64,000 nt of DNA from positions 1 to 64,000 of the forward strand of contig UYFQ01000659.1 in NCBI GenBank assembly GCA_900617105.1. Direction: 5' to 3'. Within the stretch, counting starts at the first letter, position 1. Every line of letters begins with the position of its first letter. The position numbers and the translations under genes are program-made. Of this stretch, positions 14,093-26,500 are shown in pieces. Under the pieces are notes generated by a model. That model was not told the DNA's origin, did no database searches, and was given only the letters and a program-made list of their open reading frames with translations. This stretch comes from Hydrurus foetidus. Lineage: Eukaryota.

Positions 14093-17000
14093 GGTGATGG
14101 GAGTTGAGGGAGAGGTGAGAGGAGAGGGGAAGGGAGAGAGTGGTCTCTGTCTTGATGGGGTAGGACGTGTCTGTGTTGTGTGTGTGCAGAGGTGTGTGTG
14201 AGTGTGTTTTAATCGTTTGTCTATCTATCAGTTTGTTTGCCACTACTTTCCTGTACGTTGTCGCCGACAGAGTCTTTTGGATTTGTGCATACAGAAGCAT
14301 TGTACTGTACTGTACTGTACTGTACTGTGCTGTGTTGCATTCTGAAGTGTTGTACTGGATTGGGTTGGATTGCATTTCCTTGTGGTGTATTGCGATGCGG
14401 CACCTTGACGCGCCTCTCACACTTTCCGCTCCTTTTATTTCTTTCTTACACTCTCTTTCTCTTCTCCCCACCTCCTTTTCTCTCCTCTCCTCTCCTCTCC
14501 ACACCTCGTACCTCCTCATCTAATCTCATCTTATCATACTTTCCCTTCCTTTCCCTCTCCCTTCCTTCTCTCCCTCCCTTTCCTTCCCTCTTCCTTCCTT
14601 CCTTCTCTCCCTTCCTTCCCTCTTCCTTCCTCACTCGACACTAAATTTGCTGCAATTTCAGACGTTGTTATACTGGACGATAAATTCGGATCAATAGTTA
14701 AGGCCATTATGTGGGGCAGAACCGTATATGACAATATACGGAAATTTCTTCAATTTCAACTCACTGTAAATGGTATGAAATGAACAGTACGCAATTGATT
14801 TTGTTACGTCCATGTTAGCTCATTTATTTACATATGATAATTTTATTGATTTCGTTACTTTTAAAAGGATTCAAATATCGCCTTTAATTAAGCAGGATAA
14901 TCGTATATTTATCATATATTTTATATGCATTTATTTATTCATTCCTTCTTTGATATACTAATCTACTTTAAAAAGTTTAAAATCTATTTTTCATGCACAT
15001 TTCCTACTTTAAATTGATGTATATCTCCTGCTGATCAACTGCCTTTTGTTCCAACCTGATAAATCTCACTCTTATCTAATCCTATCTAGCGCCACCTCAA
15101 TTTATATTCAGTCGTATTTTTATCTTTTTTTTTAATTTCCTTATTTATTTATTTATTTGTTTATTTGTTTATTTATTTATTTCTATCTCTCTTTCTTCTT
15201 TTCTTTTTTATTCTTCTCTTCTCTTTTCTCATATTCTCCCCTTTTGAATCTTTTTTTAGTTGTTGCCCTTCTGCTGGTTTTTGTGGGTGCGGTTGCGGGA
15301 TTTGGTGTGCCATTAAATGCCGTCATGATGCTCTGGGTGAGTCTCATACTATAATTACGAAGACTAATACTTTTTATCATCCGCTAATTTTTATGTGTCC
15401 TCGTGTGTGTGTTATTTTACATCAAGTAAATTTTTAATTGAAAATTAGAATATTGACGAATTCAAATATGAATCGATATTGACACATAAAATAAATAAAT
15501 ATATATATAAATAAATAAATACCTCCAACTAAGACGTATTATTTATGCAGGTGAATTTAATAATGGACACAATGGGAGCCCTAGCTCTCGGAACGGAATC
15601 TCCCACACCAGATCTTCTCGACAGAAAACCGTATAAAAGAAGCGCTGATCTGGTACGAATATTTCGATTTAATTTTTGTGAGTTTTTTTAATGTGTGCCT
15701 TTTCCTTTCATTTTGTCTACCATAAAAAGGCACGTTTTATTTCTTCTTTTTTGGGAGGATTTGTTCCTATTGAATTGTCACTTTTGTTTCTGTTCTTTGT
15801 TTCTTTTTTTTATAATAATTCCGGAGCAAAAAAATAATCCGAGTATAATACAATATAATACAATACAATACAATACAATACAATACAATACAATACAATA
15901 CAATACAATACAATACAATACAATACAATACAATATAATATAATATAATACAATAAAATTCAGTACAATACAATACAATACAATACAATACATAATACAT
16001 CTACAAATATTTTCGGCACCTTATTTTCTTCATTCAATCTCCTTCCAACCTCATTTACTATCACACGGAAATTGGCTGATATCCGTATTTAGGTTTCTCG
16101 ACCTATGTGGCGCAACATTCTGTGCCAGTCAGCATTCCAACTCACACTATTGTTCGTACTGCTATTCAAAGGTACGTTACAAGTGGTGGTGATTTTTTTT
16201 ATATGAGAATTCTTTTTTATTATGTCGTGTTGATTTTTTTTTTTTTCTTTCTTTGGTACCTACTTTATTTCTGTTAATAAAAAAAAAAACATTTTTTTTT
16301 ATGTTATATTATTTAATCAATCTTATTTCATTACAATTTATTTTATAATATACACTCTTGTATAAACTATTGTCCATAATATTAACAATATTAAAAACGT
16401 ACATTTTATACAATGTTAGGTGCTGATTATTTCGGAATTAGACCTTTAGGGAATTCCGATTGTCTCTCCTACTACGTAGAACAAAAATCTGGAATGTGGG
16501 ATCCAAGTTCTCATAAAAAAACCTCTGATCCGGATTTTGGTTTATTAACATGTCAATCATTTACGGAATATTGTCCTCAAAAAGATCGAAATTGCTACGA
16601 ATCCGTGCAAAAAAATTCCAATTATGTTGAGTTTTATTTTACGGATTTGGAGGAATTTAGTAAAGAATGTTTAACTTGTTTTAAGAACGATCATATTCAC
16701 GGCACAGTGATTTTCAATGCCTTCATATTCTGCCAGGTAAATCGAATAAATTGTATATTGATTAAATTGTAAATAAATCACTATTTTTTTTTCATATATA
16801 CATGCATCAATTGTATTCTAATTTTGATTGAAACATTAGACTTATTCCCTCTCTTATTTTCTGTTGAATATAGTCTGCTACATTATTATTATTATTATTT
16901 TATTTTTATTTTTTATCTTATCTTATTTCTCTCTTATTTCTCTTCCTATCAATATACTTATCTGAAGACGCTTCATTGTTAATCTGTAACAAAATCATCC

Positions 17001-18747
17001 CAATATTTATTTATATGATACCAATTCAATTTATATCATTTGCTCACGTCTCATCTTACTTCTTCACAGTATTTTAATTTTTTCTTTTTCTTTTGTCTTT
17101 CATGTATTCTACTGGTCACTGATTTATTTTCATATACTAAATACAATATTACATTTTTAAATTCTTTTTTATTTTCAGTTTTTTAATGAGTTTACTTCGA
17201 GAAAAGTTTTGAACGAGTTAAATATGTTTGGAGGAATTTTAAAAAACAGAATGTTTCTTCTAGTGAGTGTTTTCACATTCGGTTCCCAAGTACTTTTAGT
17301 GGAAATTGGAGGTAATTAGGAATTAGCATCTAATGTACTGACTTTCATTTTTAAATCTTTTCTGATCAGCAATTGTGTACCAATTTTCGTTTCTTGATTT
17401 ATTCATTTTCATCATTTTCATTTTTGATAGTATTTTTCATCAGAAGTGTTAATCTTTTTTCAACAAATTTTTAAATTCGGCTTATTCTTTTTTTTATTTT
17501 GCGTGTTCTGCACCGTACAATGTGCAATTTTTATTTACATGAGATAGCTTTTCAGTTTTCTTCTTATAGTCAATATTATTTAACCATCTTATTTCTTTTG
17601 ATGTGCAACATATCTACCTATCATTTTCATTTTTTCTTTTCTATTAAATTAAGTGATCGATATTTTCATTTCTTTGTAGCTGATTTTGTGAAGACATCAC
17701 CACTCACTCTATACCAGGTAAACACACGTGCAGATTACCATTTTATCAACGCATGCTTTTTTTCCTCTACCCACCTTGCTCCATTTTAGTATTTTATTTT
17801 CGATTAATTTTTATTTTTCAGATGTAAGACAAACTTTTTTTGGGGACACATTTATTTCAACTTCGTTTCTCTTACAATGATCTCTTTCTCTCTAACTTTC
17901 TTATCCCTCTTCTTCATCTCTCCCTTTTCTTTCCCTTTTTCTCTCCCTTTTTCTTTCCTTTTCTCTCACCCTTTTCCTTTTTCTTCCTTTTTCTCTCTCT
18001 ATTTCTCTCCCTTTTTCTCTCCCTTTTTCTTTTACTTTTTATTTCCCCTTTTCCTTCGCTTCTTCAGTGGTTGATAACCATTGCGTTGGGATTAATTGGA
18101 ATTCCCATCGGAATATTAATGCGGCTCATTCCCATAAAAGAAGATCCAAACTCTTTTTTCACAGCAGGTAAAAAAAGTCAATTATAGTAGTAACAATAGC
18201 ACTAAATTTGTGACTTTGATTTTAATCATTATTGTAGTAATGATGATAACATCGATTACAACAAAATTTGAACGTACGGAAAAAGAAATTTCTTACCATT
18301 ATTTGTGTAAATTAAAATAATCCATGAAAAATTGCCCAGAACGTTTTTAACGTGAATTTTTTATTTCTCTATTTTCTCATATATGCTTTTCTTTTTTCTT
18401 TTTTAGAAACGTGGGATGGAGAAAAAGTTTATTGTAATCAAAATCTGTTAATGCATCCTGAGCCTCAAGTTCAAAATAAAATGACAAGTTTCGCGTCCGT
18501 ACGTTCGTTCACTCCAATAAAAACGATTTTATCGCTTTCCAATTTATCAGCGAAAATAACGCCAAAACCGTTATTTCAAAAAGTAGTATCACATAAAAAA
18601 TTCTCACTTGATAACTCTTCAATGGACACAGTTTCGATTCGTGACAGATTTGAAAATAATGGAATGATGAATAATTTGACTTTAAAATTGGAGGAAAAGA
18701 CAGGGACAAATAGAGTCTATGTTGGGCCAATAAATAGTGACGCATAA
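7723..18747 (+). CDS. PMCA: P-type IIB Ca2+-transporting ATPase (PMCA/ACA type), ~21 exons
   Basis: Spliced motifs [38 protein letters not shown] (split by intron 10718-11154), [70 protein letters not shown]. Confidence 0.96.
9096..9217. mobile_element. ~122-bp MITE-like element, copy 1 (intron of Ca2+-ATPase)
   Basis: TA|tcaccaaaacagaataaaa...ttttattctgtctcggtaa|TA. The body matches 19925-20050 in the opposite orientation. Confidence 0.7.
10835..11028. mobile_element. CAAGG-terminal foldback element (family also at 27829 and 38743)
   Basis: caagggac...ctgatccacttttaatctggacctacccctatacac pairs with gtgtataggggtaggtccagattaaaagtggatcag...gtcccttg. Confidence 0.8.
13500..14635. repeat. Compound microsatellite and polypyrimidine introns (C/T tracts, (TCTG)n, (TG)n, (TGTAC)n) flanking the ATPase hinge exon 13727-13843
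   Basis: Visible low-complexity tracts. They explain the spurious ORFs in this interval. Confidence 0.9.
15846..15997. repeat. (TACAA)n pentanucleotide microsatellite, intronic
   Basis: Direct reading of the sequence. Confidence 0.95.
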
Positions 18748-19924
18748 AATTGTTAAAATAAGCCTAATCTGCCATGAAAAAATGAGGCTCAAAACATTTA
18801 AATAAGACTAGTATACCCTTTTTGGAATATTAAGCTGAATAATGGAAAAAGAAGCCCCATTGCCAAAAACTGAAAAGTGGCAAAATAAGACTAATTTATA
18901 ATCAAGTTCCACAGATTAAAATGAAATGTATTCCAAAAAGTGAAAAAAAGGCCGAATTTAATCTCAATATCTCCAATTTTAAAATGATTTTAAATTTCTA
19001 TATTCCTTCACAAGCAAGCAAATTCTTCGTGATTTTGTGATATCAAATCAAATCAAATTAATTTATAATGTGTCCAATATTAGTAAACCAGTCAAATAAA
19101 ATCTATTGACTGAAAATCCATTCCTCAATTGTTTTTAGAATCATAACTGCAACAATCAAGAAAATTAAAAAATTACCCTTGAAAGAATTTTTTCAAAAGA
19201 ATGAAAATAAATGAAACAAAATGTATCGAAATGAGATTATCACATATAAAGAGGGCTAATTAAAGATAGAATAAATGTTAAATTATTGTGTAAAAGCGCG
19301 TATACTGAAGATGATAATATCATCTACAGTGTGAATATTTCTGTCCAAAATATTTAAATCTTGTTCTAGTAAAATTTGAAATTTTACGATTTAAAATAAA
19401 ATTCAAAATTTCAAATTTTGAATAATTCATCAAATCTGCACTCTTGTGCATTTGTGCGTGCGGAAATTTTGTAAAATGCATATGGAGTAATTCTTGAGTA
19501 AAACTGTGCCGTAATCATTATTTTTATTTATTCCTTTTCTGATTTACAATTTACGAAGAATACGATTCAAAATTTCCTCGTTCTTTGTTTTGTATTTTTT
19601 ATCCTGTTTATTGCGTTGATATGAAATGAATGGTATGTTATCATTTAGAAAGCAATAATGATGAATAATTAAACATAAATCAATTTGTATCTTCTTTTAT
19701 TTTTATTTTAGAGCATGAACGCACGTACGTTTGTATATAAAATGAATTATTTTAACTTATCTCATAATGTTCGAAAATAAGCGAGAAATAATAAACAAAA
19801 TAAAAGTGCACCAGTATAAGAAATACTATGATATAATTATTGAATGACGGTAATTGGTTTCACTAAAAATGAAAATCCGAATTTTTGTGATGAATTTCGC
19901 TTTTATTTTTTACGTGAAACAATA

Positions 19925-20050
19925 ATACTGAGACAGAATGAAATGTCCGATAAATATGAAAGAATCCAAGGTGGAAATGAAATGGTGATTTCAACAGTGC
20001 TCAAACCTGTTTTCGTTTTTTGCTGTGGACATTTTATTCTGTCTCGGTGA
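19925..20050. mobile_element. ~126-bp MITE-like element, copy 2 (intergenic)
   Basis: TIR atactgagacagaatgaaatgtcc / ggacattttattctgtctcggtga. Internal gataaatatg...atccaaggtgg is shared with 9096-9217. Confidence 0.75.
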
Positions 20051-20860
20051 TGGATATGGGTATCATATTTTAATGCTGGCTCATAAAGTGTTTTTAGGTG
20101 AGCAGATAAATGTTTATTTCAAAATGCAAGTTGCATTCATGTCAATTCCCAAATTGAAAAATTCCGATAGTTGAAAATGGTAGAGGAAAACCGTTTTGGG
20201 AAATTCTTGGCTAAATTTCTTCTTACACTTTTAGTTTTATGTTTTATTCTTTCTAGAAAGGTTTTATAATTCCTTACTCCCTCCCTGGTGATAATTTATA
20301 AATTCACCTTATGTGATTTTCATTATCAATAAATTCAGAAAAAATCATTATTACAATAGTATATAATCACCAGGATTTATATATTCACCTTATTACGTCA
20401 GATTTGATCATTTTATCCTTATATAGATCCGATTAAATCAGTAAAGAATTAGCGGTGGCAACAATTTCCGTTTTTGTATTCATTTACGGATTTAGAAGTC
20501 TGTTCAGTTACACGGTTTTGATTTGTTGTAAAGATTACTTTTCATTTCTTTACAAGTTCAAGCTGATTTTATTTACAACGAAAAATTATCTATTATTCAT
20601 TTATTCATTTTAAATTTTTTTATTATACCTCAACACGGCAAAATGTTTAAAGCAAAATATGAAAAATAATCACGTACATAATCATGTATGCACGTACTCA
20701 CACACTCACGTATATTTTTCCAATTGTTCACTTATTAAGAGATAAAGTAATAATTGAATTTAACAGAATATAGAAAATATGCTTCCTGTTCTGTTCTTTT
20801 TTTCTTTTTTTATTCTGCTAAAATCAGAAAATAAAAAAGAAAATTCTGAACTGACATTTA

Positions 20861-22545
20861 TTACTGCACTACCTCATTATCCATGAGGTAGTGCAGTAAT
20901 AATGTAGCGAATATATTTAGCGGTCCGGGTAAGCAGTAATGCAATCCGTCTCCCCCCTCCTTTGCGTGTCGCCAAGCTAGCTTACCGGGATGTGCGTCAG
21001 GACGAAGGAAAAGAGGGGACATATCTAATTTATATTAATTGAATAAAATTAAATGTTTTATTATGAATTGTTTTTCTTCTTTGTGTTATGTCGTGCTATT
21101 TACGTTATTTTATGTTTTTTATAAAATTTTGTGCAATGTTTTCTTATGCTATGTCAAGCCTAAGATAAGTTCTATACTATGCAGCATTATATTTTATCAC
21201 GTTGTATTATGTTGCATTATCTTAAATGATTATGGATTCTCTTACATCGTGTTATGGTCTGTTTTAATGTAATCTAAAAATAACGATATCGAAAATTTCT
21301 ATCACAAGTAAACATCAAACGTAAAATAATCAGCGTAAAAAAGTTATGTATATTCTTACCAAGTATAGGGATGTTTCTCTCTCCGGTTAGATCCCGCATA
21401 ATACGGTCCATTTCGGCTGCCATTCCCCATTGGAATTTATCTTCAGAAACCGGATAATTATTCGGTATAATTGTTGCATTTTTATGTAAATCACAATTCA
21501 AATGTCCAGGAGATATAGATTTCCACAACAAAACTTTTGATGTATTATAAGTTTTTAAATGTGAAAAATTTGTGACCGATTTTTTACCTAACATAATTTC
21601 TAATACCCCACTCATTTTTTCTTTGTAAATAGTATAATTTTTAAAATGAGCACCACCCGTAATAATAATAATGTCTGCATAATATTTATCTATGTATTGT
21701 ACTGAAGTTAGTCTGTAATCTTGAATCATATGAATGTTGGAACTGCACATTCCTCGTGGAGATGCGGATTGTAACATGGACATTAAAGTGCTCGCAGCTT
21801 GTTGCAGTGTCGAGTCACCTATCATCATAATCTGGGCAAAAAATGATCAATTCAAATGGTAAGAAAAATGACCAAATAAAGATAATATATGAATGGCAAA
21901 CAAATAATTAAAAAGAAAGAAATCGAGTAATACAGATCACATATAAAAATTGAATGAAGATCAAATTTAAACATTAAAGAAAGAATTCAGATGAAAAGAT
22001 GAAGAAATCCATTCTGTGGAGTACATCATGCACATGAGAACACCTTCTTAGGAAAATCAATTACTTACCTTTCTGTTGCCTAGAATCGAGCAGAAGAGAG
22101 TTGCGTTCCATTCTCGCATTACACATTGATTGGGCTCCCACACCCATTTCTCCCTCCTAGATACGCTAAATCTAGTGTTCTCAAATTCATCGCATACACA
22201 AGCATTGCCAGTTGCATGCATCAGGTCCAAGTGAGTCGTATTGTCACTGCCAAAATAGTAATATTTGTTGTGAGATTCTGTGTGACAGTAGTCAACTAAT
22301 GATTCGTCTCGAAAGTCTTTCGCTTCATAACCGCAACAGACAAAAGATTTCTTGACAATGTCATCACGAAATTTCCAGCGTCCCTCCACATGCTGTCCTA
22401 TTCTGCAATACTTGTCAGGGCTGTTGATACCCAAGGCTTTACTAGTGGGAGTGTTGGGATCAACGAATTTCGGATATTGGGATGTCAGAAGAATTAATTC
22501 CAGCAAGATCCCTGCTATTCCTTTCCGCTGGCCCTTCCCATACAT
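20861..22545 (-). CDS. PC-esterase / trichome-birefringence-like (SGNH) O-acyltransferase; exons 22545-22069, 21831-21360, 21024-20861
   Basis: N-terminal hydrophobic anchor, WVWEPNQC...FCSILGNRKIMMIGDS (GDS motif), RPDAHP, and DGLHYCLPGP (DxxH motif, cf. TBL DCxHWCLPG). Confidence 0.85.
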
Positions 22546-23583
22546 TTGAAAATGAGGGCTGCCCCTTATTTGAAGTTTAACGTCAGACAAGAGTATGATA
22601 TTGGAATTACTCCGACAAATTTCAGGCAATTGGGAAAGTTGGAGTGACGAGAATGCCGCGCGTAAAATTTTCAAAGCAAGACTAACTCGAAAAGACTCAG
22701 TTTATTTCAACGATGTGAACTACCAAGCACAGAGGAGAGAGGAGGCTTGCTGTATCAATTCGACTATATCTCGACCTCTCATCCTATCGACACCTGGCCT
22801 CTGTCGCGCAGCTCTCTCCCCTCTGACTTCCGTTACCCATTTTTCATTTTCTTTTTTCATTTTTCTTTTTCATTTTTCGTTTTTCATTTTCATCCTTACA
22901 CTTCCTTTTCGATTCCCTGTTCCAATTCTATTCCGACACAAACTTAGACCACCATTTTTCAGCCCCCGCTATCACAAGCGTTATCCGCAATCACCCCACC
23001 CCTCACGTTGATGCCTCTCCAAATGATGGTATTGTCGAAGTCAAAACTAAGCAGGAATACCGTTTTTACGAATAAAAATGACCGCCAAGAATAACAACTC
23101 TCACTCTGAATTCGTCAAATTTTCTTCAAGAGAATCCTTAAAAGTGATGTTTTGTTTTAACTTCGGAATATATGAAGGTGTAAAGTGGTCATAACGTCAT
23201 GTCGCTGTCAAAGAACAAATCGTTGAAAAGATATTCTAATTTTACTGATTTTACAACTGCTGTGAAAAATTACATTTCGTAATAGTAATAAATGTGAGAA
23301 AAGAAAGGAAGAAATTACAAGTAAACAAAAGTTCATCTTATTTGCACAATTTAAACAATTGCTTATCCTTGTTCGAATAATCAGAAAAAAGGATAAAAAA
23401 TTTGGTTGGGATAAGTCAAATAAATAAAAAATGCAGCGCCTGAATGATATTTCCATTACATTCATTTAAATGTATTAAATCTTTTCAATTTTTTTCATGT
23501 ATCCCATTCAATCCAATACACATACAAATGTACTATTCACCGATAAATAAAAAATCGTTACTCATTATACAGTATTTTTTGTT

Positions 23584-26500
23584 TTATTTTGGAATTTGTG
23601 TAGGTGGAGTGATACCGTATAAAATCATTTGGGAAGTGATAGCGTCAATAATGGCTTGGGAGGATTTATCTCCACTTCTTGAGATAGCCTTCAATATGGA
23701 AGAAAAAACTTCTACTGTAGGTTTTACACCCGATTGTGTCATTCGTCTGTACAGTCGTAACGCACGCACGTGACACTGGGACCCTGGACCTGATTCCGTA
23801 TCTGCGTTAATTACACTACTCCATGCTTTGGCGTCAGGCGGCATTTCAAAATCGACTAATCTGTTCATTAATGCATCGATTTTGTTTATCGTGACTGTTC
23901 TGCTACACGCTTTTCGAAGTGACGCAATGAGTACTTCAAATGCTACACCGTCAAGACGTACGTACTCATTCCAGATACGATCGTATATCTGTGTAATTGT
24001 AATGTTTTTACGTCCGTGTTAGTTTTAGTGTATTGTTTTGTGTTATATTTAGCTGCCCAAAACCCAAAACGCAAGTATGTTAAGTTGCAAATAAATGGCT
24101 TTACGATCTAATATATGTAAATAGCATCTAATATTCTGCTTACCGACAGAATTCTTTCTTTTGCTACAGGCAGTCTACTCCTCGACCACATGATGAGAAG
24201 GGAAGTGTATGTAACTGCGTTGGGCTGTTCCCCATTTAATATCATCCTAATATCATGTGATGTCATTCGTAACAGATAGAAGTGTTTTCAATTGAGAAAT
24301 CATGTTGTGTTATTTATTTTTGATTTTGAATTTTAAATTTTTGAATTTATTAGATGTAGGTTCAATGTGATATGAGATACATATGTTGGGTATGAAAAAG
24401 TCATCTCATCTCATCTCATCACATCACATCACATCACATCTGATCTCATCTGATCTCATCACATCTGATCTGATCTCATCTCATCACATCACATCTCATC
24501 TCATCACATCTGATCTGATCTCATCCCATCCCATCACATCTGATCTTATCTGACTGCGTAGCATTTAATCTCATTTCATATTTTCAAATCTCATATATAC
24601 AGCAGCACATAATAAATAAAAAACAAAAAGCAATATCACTGACCTTTTAAATATCTGCTGTACTTTCATTTCTTTATTCGGCAAAGAACTCTTGCTCCAC
24701 AATGTAATTAAAATTGTCCATGCCATCGGGTCGGCCCGAATGCCCGCGCTTAACATTTGATCAAATACTTCGTTGGCTCGGTACGGAGCATTCTTGTCTC
24801 GAGATCGACTGAGTGCTGAGAGAAGAGAACATTGGGGAGGGAGGGTGTGTGGAGTGTGGTGGTGGGGTGGTAGGGAGGGTGGTGGAGGAAGAATGGAATG
24901 GAAGAGAGAGGGGAAGGAAGGAGGGAGGGAGGGAGGAAGGAGGAAGGGAGGGAAAGAGGGGAGGGAGGAGGAAGGAAGGAAGGAGGAAGGAAGGAAGGAG
25001 GAGGGAGGGAGGGAGGGGGGAAGGAAGGAAGGAGGAGGGAGGAGGAAGGAGGGATGATACATAACTTGACTTTATTTGTGCATGTGAGCACTTATGCGTT
25101 CGAATGATTCCATCTTACCTGTATCCTACCGTATCTAACCGTATGCCGGCTGCTCTCATATGTTGGAACACTTCCACTACACGCTGACTGGCCATGGGGT
25201 CCCGGCTATTTCCCCACATTGTCAATAAAGCTGTGTAAGTCACTTCACTGGGCTGGGCACGAGCACGTAACATTCTGTGAAGAGGTAGAGGGAAGGTAGA
25301 GAGGGGACAGGAATGAGGTAGAGTGGAGGAGGGGAAGAGGTGGAGAAGAGGAGGAGAAGAGAGATGAAGAGAGGAGAGGAGAGTAGAAGAAAAATGAGGT
25401 AGGGAAGAGACAGAACAAAAGTGGAGGGGAGAAGAAAAGAGGTGGGTTAGTTGTAGGAAGGAGAGGAGATAGAGTAAGGTAGAGAAGAGGTAGTGTTGGT
25501 GAAGTACAAATTGATTGGTATTTTAAAATTTGATATCAGTTACAGTTAGATAGGAAAAAAAATGGAAATTTTAATTGACTCACTGAAAAGTGTATTGTAT
25601 ACGTACCAACATAGGTAATTGCAAAAGTGAGTATATAATATGTTCACAAACAAATAGAACAAATCAAAATTTAAATAACATCCCAACGTTTAAAATAGTA
25701 CTCCATTCACCTCTCGAATAAATCCTGGACTTTTGCTTCTTTTTCTATTAATTTACTTCTCCCCCATATCGTGATCATAATTGTCCACGCCATGGTATCG
25801 GGTTCGATTCCCGATTGTTGCATTTCGAGAAATACAGAATCGGCACGAAATGGTGCGTTTTTATCCCTGTTTATTTGCATTTGTATTTGTTAGGATTGTA
25901 AGGAGTGTTTTGGTTAGTTCAGTTTTTGTTGTTTGTGATGTACAGATTTTCAGGGTGTGTATTGTATTATGTTGTCTAATACTATTTTTTTGCATCACAT
26001 CATGTTGTTACATCATATCAAAAAATTTATATGATATCACTACTTCTTACCAGCTTCCGTTGTACTACCATACGTTACGTCAGATAATGACACATCACAT
26101 TAAGTAATGACACATTACATAAGATAATGACACATTACATCAGATAATGACACATCACATTAAGTTACTCTTTTCAAGTGGTATACACCTTGATCTGCTC
26201 AGTGCAAGTAACAAATAAATAACTATCCTATCGTATTACGGTATATACTATATACCCATTATATCATGCTACAGTACAATGCAAGACAAAAAAATATAAT
26301 ACAATACAACAAAACACAACAAACAACACTACACACAGCACAACACAATATAACACATCACATCACAACACATCACACCGCAACACAACACAACACAACA
26401 CAACACAACACAACACATCACAATAATCGATTTGCTCAGTGCAGACACTAAATGGTGAAAAATAAAATAGAAATCTACCTAAGTCAAAAATCCCGTTAAA

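Noticed and set aside
25798..25814. tRNA T-loop/B-box-like gggttcgattccc
   Set aside because: It is the reverse complement of the PPR consensus GIEP codons. No cloverleaf forms.
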